Assembly: GCF_964204645.1 (NCBI RefSeq)
Contig: NC_134028.1
Coordinates: 1,984,001 to 2,048,000 of the forward strand
Direction of reading: 5' to 3'
Length of the DNA: 64,000 nucleotides
Origin: Tubulanus polymorphus
Taxonomy: Eukaryota; Animalia; Nemertea
A program made the position numbers and the translations under genes. Shown one piece after another: positions 15,019 through 26,700 of the stretch; within the stretch, counting starts at the first letter, position 1, and every line of letters starts with the position of its first letter. Under the pieces are notes generated by a model, which was not told the DNA's origin, ran no database searches, and was given only the letters and a program-made list of their open reading frames with translations.

Positions 15019-15652
15019 GGCCGTCACTTTCGGCTGTGGACTTTTCATGGAAGCTCATTTATATTCATCTGAATATGTGTCGCTGTGAGATCAGAAGACA
15101 GTAGATTTTAACTTTAGTATTCACTTGGCCTTGTAAAGTGTCTTTTATTTGGCTACATAAATTGTGTCAGTGTTCTGGATGGGAGCCAAGGCATTGAAAA
15201 ATCGTGTAATTCAGTTGAGAAACACCGGACCATAGTTGACACGATATAGTTGTATATTTTTGTTTGTTTTGAATAGATTTAGATCAGTAACTCATTTAGT
15301 TTTGTTGAATAGAAATTTCTTGGAATGACTCGGTGAAAGTGGTTGCTTGAATAGTATACACAGAGATACGACTAAACTATTAGAAAATATGGAAATTGAT
15401 AAGAAATGCGAATCATTTGAGGAATCCAAGAAAGAATTTCTTTATTGTTTAGCGTTAATGAATAAAGATACTTTATATTTCAAATCTTGCTGTCCTCATG
15501 GATTTCTTCAGTGTGTGGGTAAATCTAAAAATTGTAAAGATATCACATTGCTTGGTTTCTCTCGGTCTTAACTGGTGGATTTGTTGTCATTTCATGATTT
15601 ACACTCACCCAATAGTAGCAAGCAAGTTGGGTGCCTTTATTCAATCATGTTG

Positions 15653-18266
15653 TTAGCCCCTGTGATAACCCCAAGCTGCAAAGAAGCATGGATGTATTAT
15701 ATCATAAACCCAATCAAAACACACCAATGATGATTACTAGTTTACGGTTAAACACAACTAGCTGCTGTTTTCTCATCCTCCCCCAGCAGGGATTCGAACC
15801 TGATGGCATCGAGATTGCCACGGCACAAAACCCTGCCATAATCGACCGTGCCAACAGGTTCGAGTCCCTGCAGAGGGAGGATGCTGTTTTCTGAGTTTAG
15901 CTCTTACCTGGTACACAGGTCGGTACCATTGCTTGTGTACACGCATAGCCAGGGGGACAGTACGGTTGCCTCAAGACACATTTTTCATGAGGATTACATC
16001 GTCCCTAAAGAAACAATATTCTCAGAAGAGTAAAGATTTATGAAAGAATTATCATCATTCAATTTCATTATTCATTCAAATAGAATAACGATAACTTACA
16101 TTGCATGGATCTGAAAAGAACGAAATTTTCGGATATCATTCATAGGTTTAGTATATTTTCCAGCTGTTTATAAATTCCGACATACCCACCCGGTTCCTGG
16201 CATGAAGCTATCGGATCACAAGGTGCTCTGAAACATCTGGGTTGAGTTACCTTACATTCTTGACCGGCTAGACAAGTTACAGCCTAGAGTAGCGGACAAA
16301 CAATGAACATTTTATAAATACGTAGCAAGATATCTGACCACGTTCTTTAAGAAATATACTATAGACCGAGCGATATATGGACGTAATCACAGATAATCAA
16401 TTGTAATCAATAGTAATTACAAATTTCATAAAACGAATGAGAAAACAACAAGACAACTACTAAGGAAATCTGTGACGTCCTGTTTTGGCTGTGTCCTGAC
16501 TTACCGCGCAAAGAGAAGCTTTCGCCACGCATACTGGTGTACCATCACATGGAGGCCCGACACAAATCTTACAAATTTCGTCATCGGTACATTCCTTATC
16601 CTGTCGGTTCGATATTGAGATAAATATTAATGCACTAAATAAGTAGTATAAATCAAATTACCAGAATGTATATTCCACTGGAGATCATCTAAAAAACGCC
16701 CCAATAATCATAAAAGTAACACTCGTGGTTTCACACACGATGTTGCCTTGCATGTGGCCCCGCCATACAGTCCGAGCCGTCACCTAACAGGATTTACCGA
16801 TTGATTTACTAGGAAATAATTTCAAATTCCATTAATGCCGATATCATCAGAATATAATATAATTTTGACTTACAGGCGTCCTTAGTGGATATTAAAGACA
16901 TGCATAGCTTACCCGACACGTTTCTGAAATAGTTTTAGAAATTTGTTAGTTAGTTTATTCCTTTCAGTACCTCTAATACAGTAACATATGGACAAATGAA
17001 ACTTACTTGGTCTACAATATCCTCGTCCCTGTCCATGCCAACCCCATCCGTGGTGGTTTACTTCACATATTTCATTTGCCGTACATTTACCCTGATAGAA
17101 GATACCCATATCAGAATTAAAAAAGTACACTTTACATAAATTGGATCATTGGATAAAGCATAGAACTTATTGGTTTCTGATGAACACCAGACTTACTTCG
17201 CATGGATCTGTAAGAAAAGAGAAATACAGAATACATGACGAATTTAAGGTGCACAAAAGAGGAATTTTATTTTCATTTACCAAAAAATTACATGCCTCTC
17301 TTGCAAATAGCAATCGGGTTACAAGGGTGACGATAACAACGTGGTGTAATAATTTCACACGTTTCCTCTGTTTTACAGCTGGCTTCCTATGAGGAAGAAA
17401 AGATGATGAAAGTCTTGCTCTTAATAATGAATCAAAATATAACTTGAAATACCTAAGATCATTATTTCTCAAATAGGTTAGAATTTGAGAGATCACAAAA
17501 CATGTATGAGAGGTTAGAGAGAGTTGAGTTGAATATTTGACTTACATCACACATAGACTGTTTGGTGACACATTTTCCAACTGTTGGGCAACCGCCCCAT
17601 CTGTAGCATTGTACCTGCTCTTCTATACAAACCTCAGCATCCGTGCACGTAAGATCCTATGAAATCACGTGGGCACAAGGTATCAGTCAGTTACATTGCG
17701 AGGATACACCAGGCCCTAGTACATCGAGAAAATAATGCGACGGAAAACGATCTTACCCGACAAGTAGCTGAAAAACGAAAAATAACATTATTGAAGAAAA
17801 AGATGAGAATCAACACTTTTTCTTCTTCAGATGCGTAAAAAAGTTTTGCCGATTAGTTTAATTAGGGATGTGGGTTAAATTCTCTAATCGTTACCTGCGC
17901 GGCAGTATGGACGTTTCATATATCCCCATCCGTTGCCTCCTTCGCATATTTCATCTGCTTCGCAGTTACCCTTCAAAATGTAAAATGAGTGATTTTTAAA
18001 ATCAACAGAGTTAGAAAAAAAAATTGAATTAATTCAGATTATTGAAACTTACACCGCATGGGTCGGAACTAGCTGGAGAAAAAACAAAACAAACGCAAAA
18101 ATGAAATAACATTCAATAGAATAATGATTCATACGTAATTCTGTAAAATTGCTTTCTTTAACTCGTTTATTCGTAACATTACCGGTATTGTTATCAGTGC
18201 GTGCTTACCGTTAACAGAATGATAAGCAATGACAAGAAAAACGAGGAGACTCATTAACGATTGCAT
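15653..18266 (-). CDS. Secreted Cys-rich repeat protein (follistatin-N-like CxxxxCxxxxxC modules), paralogue 1, 14 coding exons
   Basis: Spliced ORF: MQSLMSLLVFLVIAYHSVNA-SSDPCGGNCEADEICEGGNGWGYMKRPYCRAATCRDLTCTDAEVCIEEQVQCYRWGGCPTVGKCVTKQSMCDEASCKTEETCEIITPRCYRHPCNPIAICKRDPCEGKCTANEICEVNHHGWGWHGQGRGYCRPKTCRDKEC...VPTCVPAWGYHRG*; all exon phases compatible. Confidence 0.85.
15774..15883. mobile_element. 110-bp hairpin MITE with 9-bp TSD (Mutator-like), only in duplicate copy 1
   Basis: CATCCTCCCCCAGCAGGGATTCGAACCTG ... CAGGTTCGAGTCCCTGCAGAGGGAGGATG flanked by CTGTTTTCT twice (15765-15773, 15884-15892); empty site at ~19990. Confidence 0.85.
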
Positions 18267-18885
18267 CGTGTAAGATTTAGATATATCTCACTGATACAAG
18301 CTGAAAGAATGACTTTATAAACAATGCTTTCAAAATTTGTTTATATACGTTTATATGTATGACATAAAGGGCACAGCCGACGTACGTAAACTACGTCCCA
18401 CGGATGCGTCCAGCAGGTGTATTCAATAGAATTTTTTGGTAATTGTCATCAATTTAATGATATTTTTCGTGATAAAGTCTGTTTAAGCTACCTACATGAT
18501 ACCACGTGTCGATAAGATAAATTATTCTAAAGGTGCACACATGTGCCGTTTGGATTTCTTCGTAAAAAAAACTCCTAAAAGAATCGAATGGATCAATAGA
18601 CGCTTTAATGGTTGATGGTGTCAGTCACATCTTGTATGAATATCCATAGGGCGTTATTGATACTTTGGTTTGCTTAAAAAGATATGTGAAATTCAGAATT
18701 TTTCTTCAAAATTTTGATTAATCGATGTATAAAATGATTTTATCTTTTCTGTTACAACTTGTTGGCGGAAAATTATCTATTTGATCACACCGTATATACA
18801 TATGGACCGCTCCAAATCAAAAAGAGATCCAAACTGACTATAGAAATCTTAGCCAAAGCAAGGATATATGGATATCCGAAATCTA

Positions 18886-19238
18886 TCTGTTGCCATGGAC
18901 GAGTTTCAAAAGACGTCGTCAATCCACTGTCAGAGCGTAAGTACTGACGATACACTGCGAAGAAGCTGAATCCATCTCCAACTCTAATCATCTTTCAGGA
19001 CTTATCTATTATGGTGATTCCATTTAATTCTTTATTGTCTTAACTGTTTAGTTGTTATGGAGGCGAGATCTTCTCTAAGAATCAGCACGAATGCTGCGGT
19101 GGGAGTATACACGCTAGAAATGACTGTTATCGCTGTTGTGCTGGACTGTTTTGGTACAACGTCAAATACGACAGATGCAGAAAAGGACACGTGGATATCA
19201 GGGATACGCCATTGAATATTCACTGCCCGTCTCAGTGA
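18886..19238 (+). pseudogene. Truncated duplicate of the last two exons of the galaxin-like gene
   Basis: Matches 14657-15018 but lacks upstream exons, has a 1-nt deletion (GTTTCAAAAGA vs GTTTACAAAAGA) and a Cys>Tyr change. Confidence 0.8.
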
Positions 19239-19881
19239 GGCCGTCATATTCCTCAGAATCGGCTGTGGACTTTATATAGCAGCCCATTTTTATTCGACTG
19301 AATATGTGTCGCTTTGAGTTCAGAAGACAGTAGATTTTAACTTTCCGCATAGTATTCGCTTGGCTTTGTAAAGTGTCTTGTATTTTGGAACATAAATTGT
19401 GTCAGTATTCTAGGTTGGGGCCAAAGCATTAAAAAATTGTGTAATTCGGTTGAGAATCACCGTACCATATATAACACAATATAGTTGAATCATTTTCTTT
19501 GTTGCGAACAAAAACTTAGATCATTTAGTTTTGTTGAATAAAAATTTCTTGGAATGACTCGGTGAAAGTGGTTGGTTGAATAGTATACACAAAGATACGA
19601 CTTAACTATTAGAAAATATGGAAATTGATAAGAAATGCGAATCATTTGAGGAATCCAAGAAAGAATTTCTTTATTGTTTCGCGTTAATGAATAAAGATAC
19701 TTTATATTTCAAATCTTGCTGTCCTCATGGTTTTCTTCAGTGTGCGGGGTAAATCTAAAAATTATCAAATATCACATTGTTTGGTTTCTCATGGTCTGAA
19801 CTGGTGGATTTGTTGTCATTTCATGATTTACACTTACCCAATAGAAGCAAGCAAGTTGGATGCCTTTATTCAATCATGTTG

Positions 19882-22470
19882 TTATCCCCTGTAATAATTC
19901 CAAGCTGCAAAAAACCGCGAATACACAATATGTTAAAACGGCCCAACACACTCCACTGATCATAGTTAAACAGTTAAACATGGCTAGCAGATATTTTCTG
20001 AGTTTGAGCTCTTACCTGGTACACAGGTCGGTACCATCGCTTGTGCACAAGGATAGCCAGGATGACATTCTGGTCGCTTCACGACACACTTTTCATGAGG
20101 ATTACATCGTCCCTAAAGAAAAAATGGATCATCAGATGGGTAGGCCTATGAATTCATGAATAGAATGACTGATTATCAACATTCAAGTCAATTATTCATC
20201 CTAATAGAGTAAAGATTACTTACCTCGCATGGATCTGAAAAGAACGAAATTTTCGAAGATTATATAAACAATTAGGTTTTTATTTGTTAATTTTCCAGAT
20301 GTTTATATATTTCGACATACCCGTTTTCTGGCATATAGCTTTCGGATGACAAGGTGGTCTGTAACATCTGGGCTGAATAACCTTACATTCTTGGCCGTCT
20401 GGACAAGTTACAGCCTAGAGTAGCAGACAAACAATGAACATTTTATAAATACGTATCAAGATATCTGCCCACGTTCTTTAAAGCTTGAATTATAAATGAT
20501 ATAATAGTTTCAATATTAATCAAATAAAAATTGTAGATCGAGCCATATATGGACGTAATCACAGATAATCAATCATAATCATTACTTAATACAAAATCCA
20601 TTCTAAATGGATGACAAAACAACAGAACTACGAGGTGACATCATGTTTTGGCTGTGTCCTGACTTACCGCGCAAAGAGAAGCTTTCGCCACGCATACTGG
20701 TGTACCATCACATGGAGGCCCGACACAAATCTTACAAAATTCATCATCGGAACATTCCTTATCCTGTCGGTTCGATATTGAGATAAATATTAATGCACTA
20801 AATAAGTAGTATAAAATCAAATTACCAGAATAAATATTCCATTGGAGATGATCTTAAAAACGCCCCAATAATCATAATAGTAGAACTCGTGGTTTCACAC
20901 ACAATGTTGCCTTGCAAGTGGCCCAACAATGCAGTCCGAGCCGTCACCTAACAGGATTTAGTTTCATCCCAGGCGATGGATTTACTTGGAAAATAATTTC
21001 AAATTCCATTAATGCCGATATCATCAGAATAGAAAATAATTTTGACTTACAGGCGTCCTTAGCTGATATTAGAAAACAAACATGTATAGCTTACCCGACA
21101 CGTTTCTGAAATAGTTTTTGAAATGTGTTAGTTAGTTTTTTCCTTTCAGTACCTCTAATACAGTAATATATGGACAAATGAAACTTACTTGGTCTACAAT
21201 ATCCTCGCTTCTGTCCATGCCAACCCCATCCGTGGTGGTTTACTTCACATATTTCATTTGCTGTACATTTATCCTGATAGAAGATATAAATATCAGAATT
21301 GAAAAAATACACTTTGCACTAATTGGATCATTGGATAAAGAGTGGAACTTATTGGTTTCTGATGAACTCGAAAATGCTTACTTCGCATGGATCTGTAAAA
21401 AATGAAAATACAGAATACACGACAAATTTAAGGCGCACAAAACGAATTTATTTGCAAAAAATTATATATACCTTTCTGGCAAACAGCAATCGGGTTACAA
21501 GGGTAACGATAACAACGTGGTGTAATAATTTCACACGTTTCTTGTGTTTGACAGCTGGCTTCCTATGGGGAAGAAAAGATGACAAAAGTAATAAATGTTC
21601 TTGTCAATGGATTAAAACATAACTAGTAACACCTACGTAGGTCAAATTTTTGCAAAATAGTTAAAGTTTGAGAGACCATAAAACTTGTTTAAGAGATTAA
21701 AATTGAGTTGAATACATGACTTACGTCACACAGAGACTCTTTGGTGACACATTTTCCAACTGTTGGGCAATTACCCCATCTGTAGCATTTTGCCTGCTCT
21801 TCTATACAAACCTCATCATCTGCGCACATAAGATCCTATTAAATCACGTGGGCACAAGGTGTCAGTCGTTATCAATTACATTGCGGGGATACACCCAACC
21901 CATTCCGTTCTGTACACAGAGAGAAAATAATGCGACGGAAAATAACTACTTAAGTAGATTTGAATTCTTACCCGACAAGTAGCTGAAAAAAGAAAAATAA
22001 CATTTTTTGAAAAAAGAGGACGATCAACTTTTTATTTTTCCCAAATGCCTTCAAACGTTTTCACAGATTATAGCGATGTGGGTTAAATTCTCTGATCGTT
22101 ACCTGCGCGACAGTATGAACGTTGCATATATCCCCATCCGTTGCCTCTTTCGCATATTTCATCCGATTTGCATTTACCCTTCAAAATATAGAATGAGCGA
22201 TTTTTAAAATCGACAGTTAGAAAAAATATGATTCGATTTGATTCTTGAAACTTACATAGCATGGGTCGGAACTAGCTGGAGAAAAAACAGAACAAACGCA
22301 TGAATTAAATAACATAAATTGATGATTCTGATTTATAAATCTTTGAAATAGTTTCCTTTAACTCGTTGATTCGTACGTATCATTACCGGCATTGTTATCA
22401 GTGCGTGCTTACCGTTAACAGAATGATAAGCAATGACAAGCAAAACGAGGAGACTCATTAACGAATGCAT
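19882..22470 (-). CDS. Secreted Cys-rich repeat protein, paralogue 2
   Basis: Same exon structure as 15653-18266, open frame, all Cys retained: MHSLMSLLVLLVIAYHSVNASSDPCYGKCKSDEICERGNGWGYMQRSYCRAATCR...GRCNPHEKCVVKRPECHPGYPCAQAMVPTCVPAWNYYRG*. Confidence 0.85.
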
Positions 22471-23706
22471 CGTGTAAGATTTAGATATATCTCACTGATA
22501 CAAGCTGAAAGAATGACTTCATAAACAATGCTTTCAAAATTTGTTTATATACGTTTATATGTATGACATAAAGAGCACAGCCGACATACGTAACATACAT
22601 CCCTCGGATGCGCCCCGCAGGTGTGGTTAACTGATTTTTTGGGGTAATTTTCATCAATCTATTGTTTACATAATACCACATGTCGATAAGATTGATTGAT
22701 CCTATGGTGCACACATGTGCGGTTTAGATTTTTTCTTAAAAAGATCAAAAGAAATCGAATGGGAATAGACGCTTTAATGGTTGATGGTGTCAGTCACATC
22801 TTGTATAAATGCCCATTTGGCGTTATTGATACTTTGGTTTGCTTAAAAAGACTTGAATCTTTTAGATTTTTTCTTTAGAAATTTTGATAAAATGATGTAC
22901 ATTTATACGCAAAATGATGTAATCTTTTATGTTCCAACTTGAAAATCATGTATTTGATACCAATTATCGCATCGAGATAGAGAGAAAGGGAGAGAGAGAA
23001 CAAGGTTGCATAAGGACACGATGTTCCGCTGGTCAATAAATACATAACATTATCATACGTGATTAGATACTCTTTAATCAGAAGACACTTAGGCCTATAC
23101 TGTTAGTTCGACTGTCTTGTACGACAACAAAATTACATATTCAATATATACGCATATGTTATGCAAACTACTGTCCTTAAGTCATTACGGTTTGTCATTT
23201 AACTTCTAATTTTCTATCTATAATTGAATAAAACAGATTTGTCCTCTTTCAATTAATTTGACTCAACGGAAAGGAACAGCGACCGAACACATTGTTGTCT
23301 TTACAGTCAAGAGAAGAAAAGAAAGGTATGAGGGGAAATGCGTATAGTCACCGTGTTCGTTTGATAACCATCATTTAGAAACAATGAAATAACCGATGTA
23401 TATAGACACAGCTTTATCGATAGATAGGTAGGTATACCTGTTGTTGTTTACAATAGTTGCCTAGTGACATCATTCGTAGGACGCTTCTACATATTGATTG
23501 TTTCTCCAATATCACATGATCGGAGATAACTTTATCCGGATGTTAGGTTAAACTGAACCGCGCTCACTTTTGAGGATTTTAACAACGGTTCGATACAGCT
23601 TCATTTGTGAGGAATATTTAGTGCTCTCTGAATTCGCCGAAGACATCGGTAGCGCATCAGAAGAGGAATATTTAATTTTTGAAAGGAAAAAAAAGTAGTT
23701 AACATA

Positions 23707-26700
23707 ATGAGATTAAGTCTAGATCTTATTACGTATTTGGCAGGTAAGTTTCACGGCGAGGTTATATCCATACACTTAATTTCAATTTTTCGTCAATGAT
23801 CAAATTCTTAAAAATACTGCATTCCTCCATGGTTGTTTATAGCTCTGAGAAATCGTCAAAACAACATTTTTTTCGATGTGACGTGAATTGGATTTTAAGA
23901 AGTTGTGCCACCTTTTTACTTTTTGTCTTTATAAAAGCTTATTTAAAAAGTTCTATGTTCTTGATGATCAAACAGCGATTGCATGATGTGTTTTTCGAGG
24001 TGTTTACGAATATATATGTGATAATATCGACTATATATCTTTAAATTATTTAACATCATCCTCGGTCGGGACATTTCTTGCTGCCAATACGGTGCATATA
24101 ACTCTTCTGGCGAATAATAAAATATTCACTAGGGGAATAGCTGCATTTGTTAAGGTTTTTATTGTTTAACTTCTAGGGTTGTTCATAAATGGCGGTTAAT
24201 TGCGACAACCAACACAATAGAAAGTATACTTATCATATCACGAGAAAACGAGAAGAACTTATGATATTGAATTAGTTCATTTTCAATGAGTTATTTCTGA
24301 GTCAAATCCTTACTAATGTAGAATCAAATATTACTGTGGAACTGGATACTGGAGCCGATAGTTTGAGAGTCAAATCGACAGTTAATAATGTGTTGTTTTC
24401 AGTTATTCTGAATTACTTAACTTATCATTCTACCTGATTTTACGGATTTAACATCGGATGAATGATTTTCCTTTTTTCACTTCATATAAAACGGTTTGAT
24501 GGTATTCTCTTTCGGTCTATCCCTCGGCGTTGCGCTGGAAATCAGATCATTAACGAGACGAACGTTTCTGATCAATTCGGGTCCACGGATCGCTTTCACT
24601 CTGTATCAATAGCCCTAGACAATTAACATACACAGTTCCGAGCTCTTCGTATTTATTCATATATGAATTATAGATCTAACAGAAACATACCGCATCCATA
24701 GTTCTAGAACAAATAATATTTTGATAATAATGATGATGATAATAATGATTGTATATGCCGAACTTATAATACGTTATAATATTTCTTTTGATGCAATTCT
24801 CTTCATAAATTTACTCAACGTAGGAACTCGTAAATAGTAGAAGGTGGAATGATAATAACAATGATAAACAATTGGTTTGTAAGATTCGTATTAAGAACTA
24901 TTTAAATATGTGATCATTACTAGTATAGATATGAATCAATGGGTGCACTAAGCGTATTACTGAAACGATTCTAAAGATAATTCGATGGTTTCGTCTAAAT
25001 ACATATATTCGAACAAAGTTCAGGTGTCTTCTTCCTATAGATGAAAATGAATTCTACGTATTCTATTTATCGTCGAAAATGTATAATATTCTATTCTAAT
25101 TTCTGGAATGAAATTATTTTTTTATTGGGTTTTATATTCTGTAGTTAGTGCTGTATTGATTGTTATGGCTGTCAGTTGGAGTGATCGCGATTTTGATGAC
25201 GGTGGAAAAGGTAACTAAACGACCTCCATATATAATTCAACGATGGACGATACTGATGTTCATTTCCGTTATGATGCGTATTTCAAATCCTCCATTAGTA
25301 AATTACAAATGGCCTCGTTGTGTTGTAAGTGGCCTGAGTCAAGCTTGAGTTAAAAGCAAATTATTTGAATAATGCATGAACAATGAATATGTATGAAATA
25401 ATTCAAGCTAAATGGTCAAATATGGATATGGTTATGGGAAGAATGAGCCCCGTTTTGTAAAATAATGATATTCTTATATTTAGAATTATACGAAGACAAT
25501 GTATTATCTTTCAAACATCGTGCTAAGAGGTAAGCAACATATCTTTTATCGATCACTTAACACACGAATCAGTTCATGAACATTTACCTTTTGTACGAAA
25601 TAGTCTCTATCCGTACTTTTTATTTCCTCCCAAGAGCGGCCCAAAAGAGACGTTCAAACGTCGTGCAGAAGATGAAAGTGCAAGCAAATAAAGATAGGTT
25701 AGCTGAAGTTTGAGATATTTCAAAAGGATTTTCAATATCCGATGGGTCCAAATGATATTGCTTTCATGCGACCTCGTAATTTTCTTTTTGTCAGATTTAA
25801 AGATCAACTGAAAAAGATTATTCCAATTAAAGCAACTAAAACATTTGTCAAAAGCCTTGCAAATAACTTACAAGAAAAATCAAACGGTCGACAGAAAACA
25901 CTGATGTCCGGTAAAAAGATTTCCCGTCCAAAACCGAAGTCTGTTAAATTGGTAAGTTTTATCCTATATCGTTGAATCGAACCCGTGCTGAGAGATGTGG
26001 ATATCCGAAAATAAACAAGTAGAGCTTATACGTCACATCATTGAAGAATTTTTCCCTTTGGAAATTATGAACGTTGTGCAGAAATTCATTCTGTAGCTTT
26101 AATCGGTCACTATATATAGTTATAAATCTCTCTCGATTCATTCTATTCTAGAAAGTGCAATTAAAAGCAAAATCGAACCGACTGAAGAAAGCTAGAGAAA
26201 ATAAATTGGTGTGTAACGCCAATATCGATGCTGTAACATTAAAGAGGTACTCGGGTCACTTCGAATCAAATGATATAACATAAAACGAATATTAATTATT
26301 TGAAGAAATTGAGGAAATTACTGATATATATGGTGCAAAATATGAATAGTCATGGTAAAGATTTTTTTGAAAATTAAATGAAAAAAATCTTAAATAAAAT
26401 AATGATATCAGGATGTTCATTACATCGTGTTTATATGCGAAACAAACACAAATGAAAGAAAGTACTCACGTTGAAATGATATTTCCAGTAAACTTGTAAA
26501 CCTTCGAAATGATAATTGCCTGAAGAAGATACCGTGTAACGTCATTATGGACGCTGTTACCAACTATAGTAAATCAGCGGAATTCCCCAGAAAACCAAAG
26601 GTTAGTATAACGTGATTTTTCATTATTTCTAGATATCATAATGAGTGTTGATTGAAATCGGTATTCTCTTTTTCAGCCATCCGTATTAGGAGCAATGTTT

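Larger units (their letters stand above)
14657..22941. repeat. Tandem segmental duplication, ~4.1-kb unit (14657-18760 and 18886-22941)
   Basis: Collinear high identity of exons, introns and intergenic DNA; ~125-bp unique junction at 18761-18885. Confidence 0.95.

Noticed and set aside
15347-15571. 74-aa plus-strand ORF conserved in both duplicates
   Set aside because: Non-ATG start, lies between convergent 3' ends, frame not preserved to the end in copy 2; similarity explained by the duplication
16715-16790. GC-richer intronic block as an extra Cys-containing exon
   Set aside because: No acceptor/donor pair giving a phase-compatible open exon was found
18759-18947. Chimeric new gene at the duplication junction
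   Set aside because: Non-ATG start, no signal peptide, and it runs into a frameshifted galaxin fragment
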